Shown in pieces: positions 40,104-49,776 of a stretch of 64,000 bases of DNA. Source of the DNA: Inquilinaceae bacterium (GTDB taxonomy: Bacteria > Pseudomonadota > Alphaproteobacteria > DSM-16000 > Inquilinaceae); assembly GCA_052168355.1 (NCBI GenBank), contig JBQLZQ010000016.1:10534-74533 (forward strand), in the 5' to 3' direction. How positions within the stretch are numbered: position 1 is the stretch's first letter; each line of letters begins with the position of its first letter. Both the position numbers and the translations under genes were made by a program. The notes below the pieces were generated by a model. It searched no databases and was not told where the DNA came from. It was given only the letters and a program-made list of their open reading frames with translations.

Positions 40104-41045
40104 ATGGCAGACCCGAAACGCATCGTCAGCCTTCTGCCTGGCGCCACGGAAACGGTGTTCGCGCTGGGGGCGGGTGCCCGGCTGGTGGGACGCAGCCACG
40201 AATGCGACCGCCCGCCTCGGGCCGGCGCGGTACCCGCCGTCACACGATCGCTGCTCCGCGACGACGCGCCCTCGGGGACCTTGAACCGGGAGATCCAGGA
40301 CCGGCTGCGCCGGGCGCTCGCCCTGTTCGATGTCGATCTGGAGGCGCTGCGCCGGGCCGCCCCGGACCTGATCGTCACCCAGACCCAGTGCGCCGTCTGC
40401 GCCGTGGATCTTCCCGCCGTGGAGGCGGCGCTCGAAGGCTGGATCGGGCATCGGCCCGACCTTCTGTCCGTGGCGCCGTCGGGGCTGGACGGCGTGCTCG
40501 ACGATATCTTGCGGATCGGCGCGGCGCTGGGCCGTGCCGACCGGGCCAGGGCGCTCGTCGCGCGGCTGCGCCGTCAGATGGCCGCCGTCGCCGACCGCAC
40601 GTCGGGGACGACCGCGCGGCCGACGCTGGTTTGTCTGGATTGGATCGACCCGCCGATGACCGCCGGCAACTGGTTGCCGGAGCTGATTGCGCTGGCCGGT
40701 GGCACCAGTCTGTTCGGGACGGCCGGGGAACACTCTGCGTGGTTGGCGTGGGACGATCTTCGCGCCGCCGACCCGGACATTGTGATCGTCGCGCCGTGCG
40801 GCTTCGATCTCCGCCGCGCGCGGGCGGAGGCGGCGTCCCTGGCTCGCTTGCCGGGGTGGTCCGGACTGCGCGCGGTGCGGACCGGACGGGTCTTTGTCGC
40901 CGACGGCAATTGCGATTTCAACCGGCCGGGCCCTCGGGTGATCGACACCCTCGAAATCCTCGCCGAGATATTGCACCCGACGATGTTCGCGCCACGCCAT
41001 CGCGGCCATTGCTGGTGTCGGTTGGACGTCAGAGAGACCGTTTGA
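40104..41045 (+). CDS. BtuF-like (class 8 periplasmic-binding-protein fold) cobalamin/siderophore-binding protein, no obvious signal peptide
   Basis: RIVSLLPGATETVFALGAGARLVGRSHECD and PDLIVTQ...DPDIVIVAPCGF are typical of the BtuF/FecB fold. ATG at 40104 is the first Met before the conserved part. Confidence 0.8.
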   Translation: MADPKRIVSLLPGATETVFALGAGARLVGRSHECDRPPRAGAVPAVTRSLLRDDAPSGTLNREIQDRLRRALALFDVDLEALRRAAPDLIVTQTQCAVCAVDLPAVEAALEGWIGHRPDLLSVAPSGLDGVLDDILRIGAALGRADRARALVARLRRQMAAVADRTSGTTARPTLVCLDWIDPPMTAGNWLPELIALAGGTSLFGTAGEHSAWLAWDDLRAADPDIVIVAPCGFDLRRARAEAASLARLPGWSGLRAVRTGRVFVADGNCDFNRPGPRVIDTLEILAEILHPTMFAPRHRGHCWCRLDVRETV

Positions 41046-41096
41046 GAATGGGCCAAATACTGTTCACACAAGGTCCCTAAACTGTTGTTTAAGATT

Positions 41097-41144
41097 GATT
41101 CACGACCGAGATGGAAGCGCTCGGCGCTTCCATCTCGGTCGATC
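41097..41144 (+). repeat. REP-like hairpin element, copy C
   Basis: It reads GATTCA-CGACCGAGATGGAAGCGC-tcg-GCGCTTCCATCTCGGTCG-ATC, with a perfect 18-bp stem and the same flanks as copies A and B at 13673-13794. Confidence 0.6.
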
Positions 41145-41188
41145 AGGCTCTAGGGTGCCGACTTTCCGCAACAACCGCTCAACCTTTC

Positions 41189-43558
41189 ATGCATTCGATG
41201 TCCTCCTCCGCCACTTGGCGCCGGTTGTTGCCGATTATCGTGGCCCTGTTCTGGACCGTTGGGGACGGTGCCATGGCGCAGGTCCCTCAAGCGGCCATGC
41301 CCGAACAGACGGGAGAGTCCGCGGCAGCGTCCGAGACAACGCCGCAGCAGGACATCCGCGATCTGATCGATACCCTGGAGGATGAGGGACGGCGGGCGGA
41401 ACTGATCGAGCAGCTTACCCTGCTGCTCGATGCCCAGGCCGAGGCGGCGCCCGACCAGGCCGACGGGTTGACGGTGTCCAGCTTCGGCACCCGGACGCTG
41501 GACTACCTTTCGAACCGAATCAGCATGATCGGCGATGATTTGGCCAAGGTCGGCGAGGCGGTGGCCGATCTGCCACGTGTCGTGACCTGGGTACGGCATC
41601 AGATCGATAACCCGGTCGCCCGTGACCGCTGGATCGAAGTCGGGATCGGTCTCGTCGTCATCCTGGGCGCCGGTCTGGCGGCGCGCTGGATCGTCGCGGG
41701 TCTTCTTGCCAGACCGCATCGCGCCGTCGAGGGGCAGGGCAACGGGCACCGCCTGGCCCGATTGCCGCTGGTGCTCGGGCGGTTGGCGCTGGAATTGGCG
41801 CCTGTCGCCGCGTTCGGCATCGCCGCCTACGGCGCGCTGACGTTTCTCGACGCCAGTCGTCTTGTGCATCTCGTCTCGCTGACGGTGATCAACGCCGCCA
41901 TGATCACGGGCGTAACCGCGGTCCTCGGCCGGGCCATCCTGGCGCCGGGCAAGCCGGGCTTGCGTGTTCTTCCGCTCAAGGACGAGACCGCCAGCTATAT
42001 CTATGTCTGGATCCGCCGACTGGTTTTCACCGGCATCTACGGTTTTTTCCTGGTCGAGGCCGCCGCGCTGATCGGCCTGCCGGCGGCCGCGCGCCACTTC
42101 CTGTTCCATCTGGTCGGCTTCCTTTTGATCGGCCTGATGATCGTGCTGGTGCTCCAGAACCGTCGCGACGTGGCGGCCGCCATCCGCGGCCGGGCGCAGG
42201 CGTCGGGACCGATCGCCGCGTTCGGGCGACGTCTGGCGGACATCTGGCACATCGTCGCAATCCTGTATCTGCTGGTCGGTTACGGCATATGGGCCTTCGA
42301 CGTGGAAGGCGGGTTCTCGTTTCTTGTCCGCGCCACGGCGCTGACAGCGATTATCGTGATCGCGGCAAAACTGGCGTCGATGATCGCGAAATGGGGCCTG
42401 AGACGCCTGTTCTCCATTACCCCGGAGCTCAGCCAGCGCTATCCGGGTCTGGACGCCCGCGCCAACCGGTATCTGCCGGCGTTCGAGAAAGGCGTGCGGA
42501 TCATCATCTACCTGCTGGCCGGGCTGGCCATTCTGGATGTCTGGAATCTTGGCGGGCTGCAGTGGCTGAGCGGCGGCTTCGGCCGTCAGGTGACCGAGGC
42601 GGTCATTACCCTTTTCGTCGTGCTGCTCGTGGCCGTCGTGATCTGGGAGGTCGTCAACGGCGCCATCGAGCGGCGTCTCAACCGGACGGATTCGGACGGC
42701 GTGCTGCTGGAGCAGAACCCTCGGGTGCGCACGCTGCTGCCGTTGCTGCGTAACGCCTTCATGGTTGTCCTCGTGGTCATTGTATCGCTGATCGCGTTGG
42801 CGGAGCTGGGCATCAATATCGCCCCGCTGCTGGCCGGCGCCGGCGTCATCGGCCTGGCCATCGGTTTCGGATCCCAGGCGTTGGTCAAGGACGTCATCAC
42901 CGGTTTGTTCATCCTGTTCGAGGACACGATGTCCGTCGGCGACGTGGTCAATCTGGGCGGCACGGCCGGGTTGGTCGAGGGCATGAGCATCCGCACCGTG
43001 CGCCTGCGGGACCTGTCGGGCACGGTCCACACCATCCCCTTCGGTGAGGTGGCGTCCGTGTCCAACCTGACCAAGGAATTTTCGTTCTATGTGATGGACA
43101 TAGGCGTCGCCTATCGGGAGGACGTGGACCAGGTCATTCAGGTCATCAAGGATCTGGGAGCGGAGCTGGAAGCCGATCCCGAGTACGGCCGCGAGATGCT
43201 GGCGCCGATCGAAATCATGGGTGTCGATGCCTTCGCCGACAGCGCGGTGGTGATCAAGGCCCGGCTGAAAACCCGCCCGATCAAGCAATGGTTCGTCGGC
43301 CGCGAATTCAACCGTCGCATGAAGAACCGGTTCGACGAGTTGGGCATCGAGATCCCGTTCCCGCACATGACCGTCTATTTCGGCGAGGACAAGGAAGGCA
43401 AGGCGCCCCCGGCCCACCTCAACGTCGAATCGCAGACGATTGCCGAAGCGTTGCTGACCGAACGGTCAGGCGGGCGATCCAGGGCGGATCCCGCGCCCGA
43501 TTTCAAGACCCCCGACGCGCTTGGCGACGACGCCCCCGAAAGCACTCCAGGGAACTAA
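41189..43558 (+). CDS. mechanosensitive ion channel family protein (large MscK/MscM-like)
   Basis: ATG at 41189 is followed by a signal-like segment, a periplasmic region, many TM helices and the MscS core (ALVKDVITGLFILFEDTMSVGDVV...VHTIPFGEV). Confidence 0.9.
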   Translation: MHSMSSSATWRRLLPIIVALFWTVGDGAMAQVPQAAMPEQTGESAAASETTPQQDIRDLIDTLEDEGRRAELIEQLTLLLDAQAEAAPDQADGLTVSSFGTRTLDYLSNRISMIGDDLAKVGEAVADLPRVVTWVRHQIDNPVARDRWIEVGIGLVVILGAGLAARWIVAGLLARPHRAVEGQGNGHRLARLPLVLGRLALELAPVAAFGIAAYGALTFLDASRLVHLVSLTVINAAMITGVTAVLGRAILAPGKPGLRVLPLKDETASYIYVWIRRLVFTGIYGFFLVEAAALIGLPAAARHFLFHLVGFLLIGLMIVLVLQNRRDVAAAIRGRAQASGPIAAFGRRLADIWHIVAILYLLVGYGIWAFDVEGGFSFLVRATALTAIIVIAAKLASMIAKWGLRRLFSITPELSQRYPGLDARANRYLPAFEKGVRIIIYLLAGLAILDVWNLGGLQWLSGGFGRQVTEAVITLFVVLLVAVVIWEVVNGAIERRLNRTDSDGVLLEQNPRVRTLLPLLRNAFMVVLVVIVSLIALAELGINIAPLLAGAGVIGLAIGFGSQALVKDVITGLFILFEDTMSVGDVVNLGGTAGLVEGMSIRTVRLRDLSGTVHTIPFGEVASVSNLTKEFSFYVMDIGVAYREDVDQVIQVIKDLGAELEADPEYGREMLAPIEIMGVDAFADSAVVIKARLKTRPIKQWFVGREFNRRMKNRFDELGIEIPFPHMTVYFGEDKEGKAPPAHLNVESQTIAEALLTERSGGRSRADPAPDFKTPDALGDDAPESTPGN

Positions 43559-44139
43559 ACCTGTCCTTCGGCCAGTTCCGCCTCCAGCGCCTCGGGCGAG
43601 GCGGCGTCGATGACCCGCCGGGCGACGGCAAAGGAAAACCCGCCCCTGGCCAGGGCGGCCAGATCCCGGTCGCGGCGCTCGGCGCGGGCGGCGGCGTCGC
43701 GGTAGGGTCCCAGCCGACGGCGGCGGGCCAGCGCCATGGCGGCGGCTAGGTCCGGGTCGCCCTGCTCCTCGGCCAGGGCCGCCAGCGCGTCGTCGATCAG
43801 TCCGGCGGCCACGCCCTTGTCGGTCAGCGTCGCCCGGATGAGTCGGGACGATCGGCCGCGCCGGGCCAGGCTCGCCGTCTGGGCCTGGGCATAGCGCGCA
43901 TCGTCCAGAAGACCGCTGGCGGTGAACCGGCGCACGATGTCGGCAACGGCCGCCGCCCCTTCATCCCGGTCGGTGTCGTGGATTCGTGCGGAGGCCTCGA
44001 CCCGGCGCATCAGAACCTGGCGCAGGTTTTCCGCCGACGATGCATAGCGCTGGAGATAGAACAGGGCGACGTTGCGCAGCGAGTCCGGTGTGACGCGGCG
44101 CGGGCCGCGCCGGTCGCGTTTGGATTTGGAGGCGGTCAT
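43555..44139 (-). CDS. recX: RecA regulator RecX
   Basis: The pattern LRNVALFYLQRYASSAENLRQVL... with a three-fold helical repeat (GLLDDARYA...) is typical of RecX. Its stop overlaps the channel-gene stop on the other strand (CTAA). Confidence 0.85.
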   Translation of the reverse strand: MTASKSKRDRRGPRRVTPDSLRNVALFYLQRYASSAENLRQVLMRRVEASARIHDTDRDEGAAAVADIVRRFTASGLLDDARYAQAQTASLARRGRSSRLIRATLTDKGVAAGLIDDALAALAEEQGDPDLAAAMALARRRRLGPYRDAAARAERRDRDLAALARGGFSFAVARRVIDAASPEALEAELAEGQV

Positions 44140-44215
44140 GGCAGCCGTGCGCGGTTTGCCAAACGGCCATCCCCGGCGCTATGGTCCGGCCCCCATTTCC
44201 TTCTTGAACGCGTCC

Positions 44216-45019
44216 ATGAAATCATCTCTTTCCCCTTCGTTGCGCGACATCGGCCGGGTCAATTGGATCGGCCTTGGCACGCTGTACCGCAAGGAAGTCT
44301 CCCGGTTCCTCAAGGTATTCACGCAGACGGTGGCCGCGCCGGTCGTCACCACGCTGCTGTTCTACACCATCTTCGCCCTGGCGCTGGGCGGCGTGGTGCG
44401 GATGGCCGGCAGCGTGCCGTTCCTGGAATTTCTGGCCCCCGGCCTGGTCATGATGTCCATGGTCCAGAACGCCTTTGCCAACACCTCCTCGTCGGTGATG
44501 ATCGCCAAGATCCAGGGCAACATCGTCGATGTGCTGCTGCCGCCGCTGTCGCCGTCGGAACTGCTGGTCGGGTATGTCGCCGGCGGCGTGACGCGGGGTC
44601 TTCTGGTCGGGCTGGTGACGTTTATCGCCATCCGGCTGTTCGTGCCGGTCGGTATCCACAACCCGGCCTTTATCCTGTTCCACGGCGTCGCCGCGTCGAT
44701 GCTGCTGGCGCTGGTCGGGGTGATCGGCGGCATCTGGTCCGACAAATTCGACCATATCGCCGCCGTCACAAACTTCGTGGTGACCCCGCTGGCGTTTCTG
44801 TCGGGCACCTTCTACACCATCGACCGGCTTCCCGAAGGGTGGCAGATCGTGGCCCATCTCAACCCGTTCTTCTACATGATCGACGGGTTTCGCTACGGTT
44901 TCATCGGCCAAAGCGATGGCACGCTGATCGCGGGATTGGCGGTCATGACCGCCATCAATGTGGCGCTGTGGCTGCTGGCCCACCGGATGCTCGCCACCGG
45001 CTACAAGCTCAAGGCGTGA
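44216..45019 (+). CDS. ABC-2 type transporter permease
   Basis: Six-TM ABC-2 pattern (LYRKEVSRFLKVFTQT...LPPLSPSELLVGY...NPFFYMIDGFRYG). Confidence 0.85.
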   Translation: MKSSLSPSLRDIGRVNWIGLGTLYRKEVSRFLKVFTQTVAAPVVTTLLFYTIFALALGGVVRMAGSVPFLEFLAPGLVMMSMVQNAFANTSSSVMIAKIQGNIVDVLLPPLSPSELLVGYVAGGVTRGLLVGLVTFIAIRLFVPVGIHNPAFILFHGVAASMLLALVGVIGGIWSDKFDHIAAVTNFVVTPLAFLSGTFYTIDRLPEGWQIVAHLNPFFYMIDGFRYGFIGQSDGTLIAGLAVMTAINVALWLLAHRMLATGYKLKA

Positions 45020-45840
45020 GAGGCGGTCCGGCCGTGGATGGGGCGACGGGGTACCGGCCGCCCCGGCATATCGGCGCCGTTCATTGGATGGGCGTGCGCA
45101 CCCTGTATGTGCGTGAGCTGAGGCGCTATCTGAAGGAGTGGCTGGAGACCATCGCCGCGTCGGCCTTTGCCACGATCATGTACCTGGCCATTTTCCTGTT
45201 CGCCCTGGGTCCGGCACGGGAAACGGTCGAGGGGGCGGCGGTGATCGGTTACATCCTGCCGGGGCTGGTGCTGTTCTCGATCCTGACCCGGGCGGCCGAG
45301 ACGACGGTGTTCAGCATCGCCTTCGACAAGATGGAAGGCGCCATCGGCGATGTGCTGTCCAGCCCGATCACCCCGTCGGAAACGGCGGCCGCCTATGCCC
45401 TGGCCGGGGCGACCAGCGGCCTGATCACCGGCCTGCCGGTGGTCGTCGTAGCCTTCCTGGTGTTCGACATGCCCGCTTCTCAGCCCTGGCTGCTGGTGGC
45501 CTTTGCCCTGGGTGGGGCGCTGATGCTGTCCCTGACCGGCATGGCGGTCGGCATCTGGGCCGACAAATGGGACCATGTCTCGGCGTTTTTCGGGTTCTTT
45601 CTAATCCCGCTCACCTTTCTGTCGGGGCTGTTCGCGCCCATCGACCGACTGCCCCAGCCCCTGGCCGTGCTCGTCCAGGCCAATCCGATCTTCTACGTCA
45701 TAGACGGGTTCCGGGCCGGCGCCATCGACGTGCATACCGCGCCGGTCTGGCTCAGCCTGTCCGTGGTCGCGGTCTCGGTCGCAGCCCTTTGGGTGTTGTG
45801 CGATCGGCTGCTGGCCAGCGGATGGAAGCTGAAACCGTAG
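45016..45840 (+). CDS. ABC-2 type transporter permease, tandem paralogue
   Basis: It aligns by eye with the upstream gene ([14 protein letters not shown]...[13 protein letters not shown]...[13 protein letters not shown]). The proposed GTG at 45016 overlaps the upstream stop (GTGA). ATG at 45088 is an alternative start. Confidence 0.8.
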   Translation: MRGGPAVDGATGYRPPRHIGAVHWMGVRTLYVRELRRYLKEWLETIAASAFATIMYLAIFLFALGPARETVEGAAVIGYILPGLVLFSILTRAAETTVFSIAFDKMEGAIGDVLSSPITPSETAAAYALAGATSGLITGLPVVVVAFLVFDMPASQPWLLVAFALGGALMLSLTGMAVGIWADKWDHVSAFFGFFLIPLTFLSGLFAPIDRLPQPLAVLVQANPIFYVIDGFRAGAIDVHTAPVWLSLSVVAVSVAALWVLCDRLLASGWKLKP

Positions 45841-46004
45841 CGATTCGGGGAAACCGGACACCGTTCGGCGGCTCCCGGATCGTTGACAGACAGGGTGTTC
45901 CGGCGTTTATTCGCACTCCAAGGCCGGTTTGGCGCGGAAGGAGACCGCGCCTTTTTTCGTTTCATGCCGACCGGATCGACCGCCAAACGGTGGAGGGAAA
46001 GCCG

Positions 46005-47195
46005 ATGATCAGCGCCGTCATGCCGACCTATGCCCGGCCGGACATCGCCTTCGAGCGGGGCGATGGGGCCTATCTGTTCGACACCAAGGGACGACGCTAT
46101 CTCGATTTTTCCTCGGGCATCGCGGTCACCTGCCTCGGCCATTCCCACCCCCATCTGGTGCGGGCCCTGTGCGAACAGGCGGAAAAGGTGTGGCACGTCT
46201 CCAACCTGGTGCGCATTCCGGGGCAGGAACGCCTGGCCGAACGGCTGGTCGCCGCCACCTTCGCCGACACGGTGTTCTTCAGCAATTCCGGCGCCGAGGC
46301 CTGGGAAGGCGGCATCAAGCTGTGCCGCAAACATATGAGCGCCACCGGGCGGCCCGAACGCTGGCGGGTGATCACCGTCGGCGGCGCCTTTCACGGCCGG
46401 ACCCTGGCGGCGATTTCGGCTGTCCGCACGGCCAAGCTTGTCGACGGCTTCGGCCCCCTGGTCGACGGGTTCGATCAGGTCGCCTTCGGCAATCTGAACG
46501 AACTGCGCATGGCCATCACCGATCAGACGGCCGCCATCTGCGTGGAACCGGTGCAGGGCGAGGGCGGCATTCGCGCCGCGTCGCTGGATTATCTGCGCGG
46601 CCTGCGCGCCGTTGCCGACGAATTCGGCCTGCTGCTCTTTTTTGACGAAATCCAGTCTGGCTATGGCCGGACTGGCAAGTTCTTCGCCCATGAATGGGCC
46701 GGCATCACGCCGGACGTGATGTGCGTCGCCAAGGGTATCGGCGGCGGCTTTCCTTTCGGGGCGGTCCTGGCGACCGAGAAGGCGGCCGTCGGCATGACGC
46801 CGGGCACCCACGGCACCACGTTCGGCGGCAATCCGCTGGCCATGGCGGCGGGCAACGCCGTGCTCGACGTGATGCTCCAGGACGGGTTTTTCGAACGCGT
46901 CGACCGGATTGCCCGTGTGCTCTGGCAACGGCTCATCGATCTCCAGTCCCGCCATCCCTCGGTGATCGAGGAGGTGCGGGGCGCCGGTCTGATGCTCGGC
47001 CTCAAGTTGCGGCCGCCGGTGGCCGACATGGTTCCGGCCCTTCGCCAGGCCGGGCTGCTGACCGTGCCGGCGGCCGAAAACGTGGCGCGGCTGCTGCCGC
47101 CGCTGATCATCGGGGAGGAGCATGTGGACCAGGCGATCCAATGCCTGGATGCCGTATTCGCGGACGCATCGGTGTCGGCGGCGGAGACGTCATGA
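46005..47195 (+). CDS. argD: acetylornithine aminotransferase
   Basis: GGAGGG lies upstream of the [31 protein letters not shown], a class III aminotransferase core and the PLP Lys context ([14 protein letters not shown]) are present. Confidence 0.93.
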   Translation: MISAVMPTYARPDIAFERGDGAYLFDTKGRRYLDFSSGIAVTCLGHSHPHLVRALCEQAEKVWHVSNLVRIPGQERLAERLVAATFADTVFFSNSGAEAWEGGIKLCRKHMSATGRPERWRVITVGGAFHGRTLAAISAVRTAKLVDGFGPLVDGFDQVAFGNLNELRMAITDQTAAICVEPVQGEGGIRAASLDYLRGLRAVADEFGLLLFFDEIQSGYGRTGKFFAHEWAGITPDVMCVAKGIGGGFPFGAVLATEKAAVGMTPGTHGTTFGGNPLAMAAGNAVLDVMLQDGFFERVDRIARVLWQRLIDLQSRHPSVIEEVRGAGLMLGLKLRPPVADMVPALRQAGLLTVPAAENVARLLPPLIIGEEHVDQAIQCLDAVFADASVSAAETS

Positions 47196-48103
47196 CCGAA
47201 CCGCGGCATTTCCTCGATCTGCATTTGATCGAACCGACGCGTCTGCGCGCCATCGTCGACGACGCGGCGGCGATGAAGCGCGACGATCCGTCCGGCGCGC
47301 GGACAAAGCCCCTGGCCGGCCGGACTTTGGCCATGATCTTCGAAAAGCCGTCGACCCGCACGCGGGTTTCGTTCGAGGTGGGGATGCGCCAGCTTGGCGG
47401 CGAGACGATCATGCTGACAGGCGCCGAGTTGCAGCTTGGCCAGGGCGAAACCATCGCCGACACCGCGCGCGTCCTGTCGCGCTATGTCGACGCCATCATG
47501 ATGCGCACCTATGGCGAGGACCGGCTGACCGAGATGGCGGCCCACGCCACGGTGCCGGTGATCAACGGGCTGACCGACGAAACCCATCCGTGCCAGCTCA
47601 TGGCCGATGTCATGACGTTCGAGGAGCGCAAGGGGCCCATTGCCGGGCGCACGGTGGCGTGGTCGGGCGACGGCAACAACGTCGCCCGGTCATGGATCCG
47701 CGCGGCGGTGCAGTTCGGGTTCGAGTTGCGCCTGGCTTGTCCGGACTCGCTCATGCCGCCGGCCGATCTTCTGGATTGGGCGCAGTCGAACGGCGGCCGG
47801 GTGATCGTCGGGACGGAACCGGATGCGGCGGTGCGCGGGGCCGACTGCGTGGTGACCGACACCTGGATCTCGATGGGCGATACGGACGGGCCCCGGCGCC
47901 ACAATCTGCTGCGGCCCTACCAGGTGGACGAGCGGTTGATGGCCAAGGCCGCGCCGGACGCGCTGTTCATGCACTGCCTGCCGGCCCACCGTGGCGAGGA
48001 GGTCACGGATGGCGTCCTCGACGGACCCCATTCCGTGGTGTTCGACGAGGCCGAGAACCGCCTTCACGCCCAAAAAGGGATCCTGATGTGGTGTCTTGGA
48101 TGA
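47192..48103 (+). CDS. argF: ornithine carbamoyltransferase
   Basis: ATGA overlap with argD. The motifs STRTR, HPCQ and HCLPA are present. Confidence 0.95.
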   Translation: MTEPRHFLDLHLIEPTRLRAIVDDAAAMKRDDPSGARTKPLAGRTLAMIFEKPSTRTRVSFEVGMRQLGGETIMLTGAELQLGQGETIADTARVLSRYVDAIMMRTYGEDRLTEMAAHATVPVINGLTDETHPCQLMADVMTFEERKGPIAGRTVAWSGDGNNVARSWIRAAVQFGFELRLACPDSLMPPADLLDWAQSNGGRVIVGTEPDAAVRGADCVVTDTWISMGDTDGPRRHNLLRPYQVDERLMAKAAPDALFMHCLPAHRGEEVTDGVLDGPHSVVFDEAENRLHAQKGILMWCLG

Positions 48104-48167
48104 CGGCGAACCGAGAGGTTCGTGCCCGCATTGACCGGCGAGCGCCAGGCCCCACCTAAACCTCACA

Positions 48168-49091
48168 ATGGCCCAATCCTCACCCACTCCTTCCACGGCC
48201 GATCCCATCACGTCCGCCGCCGACATGGTGCAACCGTTCCAGATCGAACGGTCGGGTCTGCGCGGCCGCATGGTGCGGCTGGGACCGGCGTTGGATCGGA
48301 TCCTCGCCCAGCACGATTACCCCGAGGCGGTGTCCATCCTGTTGGCGGAAACGGCCGCCCTGGGCGTTCTTCTGGCCAGCGCGCTGAAATACGACGGGGT
48401 CTTCACCTTGCAGGCCAGCGGTGACGGCCCGGTGTCGATCCTGGTGGCGGATGTCACGACCGATGGCGCCCTGCGGGCCTATGCCAAGTTCGATGCCGAC
48501 GCCGTACCGAAGCGGGGCGTGCTTGGCGATCTGATCGGCAAGGGCCATCTGGCATTTACGGTCGACCAGGGGGAGTTCACCGACCGGTATCAGGGCATCG
48601 TGGCGCTGACCGGCGATACTCTGGCCGAATGCGTCCAGCACTATTTCCGGCAGTCGGAGCAGATCGATGCTGGCATCGCCCTGGCGGTGCGGCGAACAGA
48701 CGGGTCCTGGTGCGCCGGTGGGCTGTCGATCCAGCGGCTGCCCGATGCCGAGCGAGAGGTTCCGGCCAGCGACCGGGAGGATGACTGGCGCCGCGCGATG
48801 ATCCTGATGAACAGCGCCACCGATGCGGAACTGCTGGACCCGGCGTTGGCGCCCAACGCGCTGCTCTATCGTCTTTTCCACGAGGACGGTGTCCGCGTGT
48901 ACGACCCGGCGCCGATCCGGGCCGCGTGCCGGTGCGCGCGCGAACGGGTCGAACGGATGCTGGCAGCCCTGCCGCGGGACGAGGTGACCGATCTGAAGGA
49001 GGACGGTGCGGTCCGGGTCACATGCGAATTCTGCAACACCGAATACACGTTCGACGATGCCGCCTTGGCCCTGCTGTATGGCGAGCCGTGA
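48168..49091 (+). CDS. hslO: Hsp33-family redox-regulated chaperone
   Basis: The C-terminal zinc centre CRCARERV...CEFCNTEY and an Hsp33 core are present. It follows argF, as in many alphaproteobacteria. Confidence 0.9.
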   Translation: MAQSSPTPSTADPITSAADMVQPFQIERSGLRGRMVRLGPALDRILAQHDYPEAVSILLAETAALGVLLASALKYDGVFTLQASGDGPVSILVADVTTDGALRAYAKFDADAVPKRGVLGDLIGKGHLAFTVDQGEFTDRYQGIVALTGDTLAECVQHYFRQSEQIDAGIALAVRRTDGSWCAGGLSIQRLPDAEREVPASDREDDWRRAMILMNSATDAELLDPALAPNALLYRLFHEDGVRVYDPAPIRAACRCARERVERMLAALPRDEVTDLKEDGAVRVTCEFCNTEYTFDDAALALLYGEP

Positions 49092-49178
49092 TCGTTGAGG
49101 GCATGGGAAGGCCTTGATCTGGCCGCAGTCGCCGCCGCATATGACACTGTCCCCGCACCAGCCATCCGCGTGGTATCG

Positions 49179-49766
49179 ATGCCGCTTCCTTTGACCCGCC
49201 GCACCTTCGTGATCTCCGCCCTTGCCGTCGCCGCCTGCAAGCCGCCGCCGCCGCGCACGGTGCCGGAAATAACCTTTGCCCACCTCCAGCCGATCGCGCT
49301 GGATGTCGCACGGGTCGAGGTCGTCCAGACCTATGCCCCGGCAATGGAGCCGCCGTTTGTCGACCATCTGTTTCCCCAGCCGCCTGCGGAGGTGCTGCGG
49401 GGCTGGGCCCAGCAGCGCCTGCGCGCCGTCGGGTCCACCGGGTCGGCGATACTGACGATCCAGAACGCCAGTGTGCGCCAGGAACTTCTGGCGCGCACCG
49501 GGGGGCTGCGGTCGATCTTCACGGTCGATCAGTCGGAACGCTACACCGCCGATTTCGCGGTCCGGCTCGATGCCGTCAGCCCGGCCGTGGGGGTCGGCGC
49601 CAACACCGTGGCGACGGCCCAACGCACCATCACCGTGCCGGAGAACGCCACCCTGGCCCGGCGGGAGGAAACATGGTTCGCGCTTACGGAAAACACCGTG
49701 CGCGACCTGGAAGTCGCGCTGGAGGCCAACGTCCGCCGCCACATGGGGCCTTTGATTCGCGGGTAG
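49179..49766 (+). CDS. hypothetical lipoprotein
   Basis: ATG at 49179 is followed by a signal peptide and lipobox (FVISALAVAAC). I recognised no family. Confidence 0.6.
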   Translation: MPLPLTRRTFVISALAVAACKPPPPRTVPEITFAHLQPIALDVARVEVVQTYAPAMEPPFVDHLFPQPPAEVLRGWAQQRLRAVGSTGSAILTIQNASVRQELLARTGGLRSIFTVDQSERYTADFAVRLDAVSPAVGVGANTVATAQRTITVPENATLARREETWFALTENTVRDLEVALEANVRRHMGPLIRG

Positions 49767-49776
49767 GGCCCGACTT

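Noticed and set aside
37870-40284. 804-aa plus-strand ORF
   Set aside because: It runs out of frame through the cyclase gene, antisense through the molybdoenzyme gene, and into the BtuF-like gene. The composition is extreme in Arg/Gly/Pro. The three real genes each show clear family motifs in other frames.
41150-43417. 755-aa minus-strand ORF
   Set aside because: It is antisense to the mechanosensitive-channel gene. The product is Arg/Asp/Gln/His-rich with no hydrophobic core or motifs.
48180-49742. 520-aa minus-strand ORF; similar long alternatives occur at 45693-47141, 43978-45840 (N-terminal part), 3466-4884 and 3534-4943
   Set aside because: All are antisense or out of frame relative to genes with clear family signatures (hslO, argD, the ABC-2 permeases, the RlmD-like methyltransferase). 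All have the Arg/Gly/Pro-rich composition of non-coding frames in high-G+C DNA.
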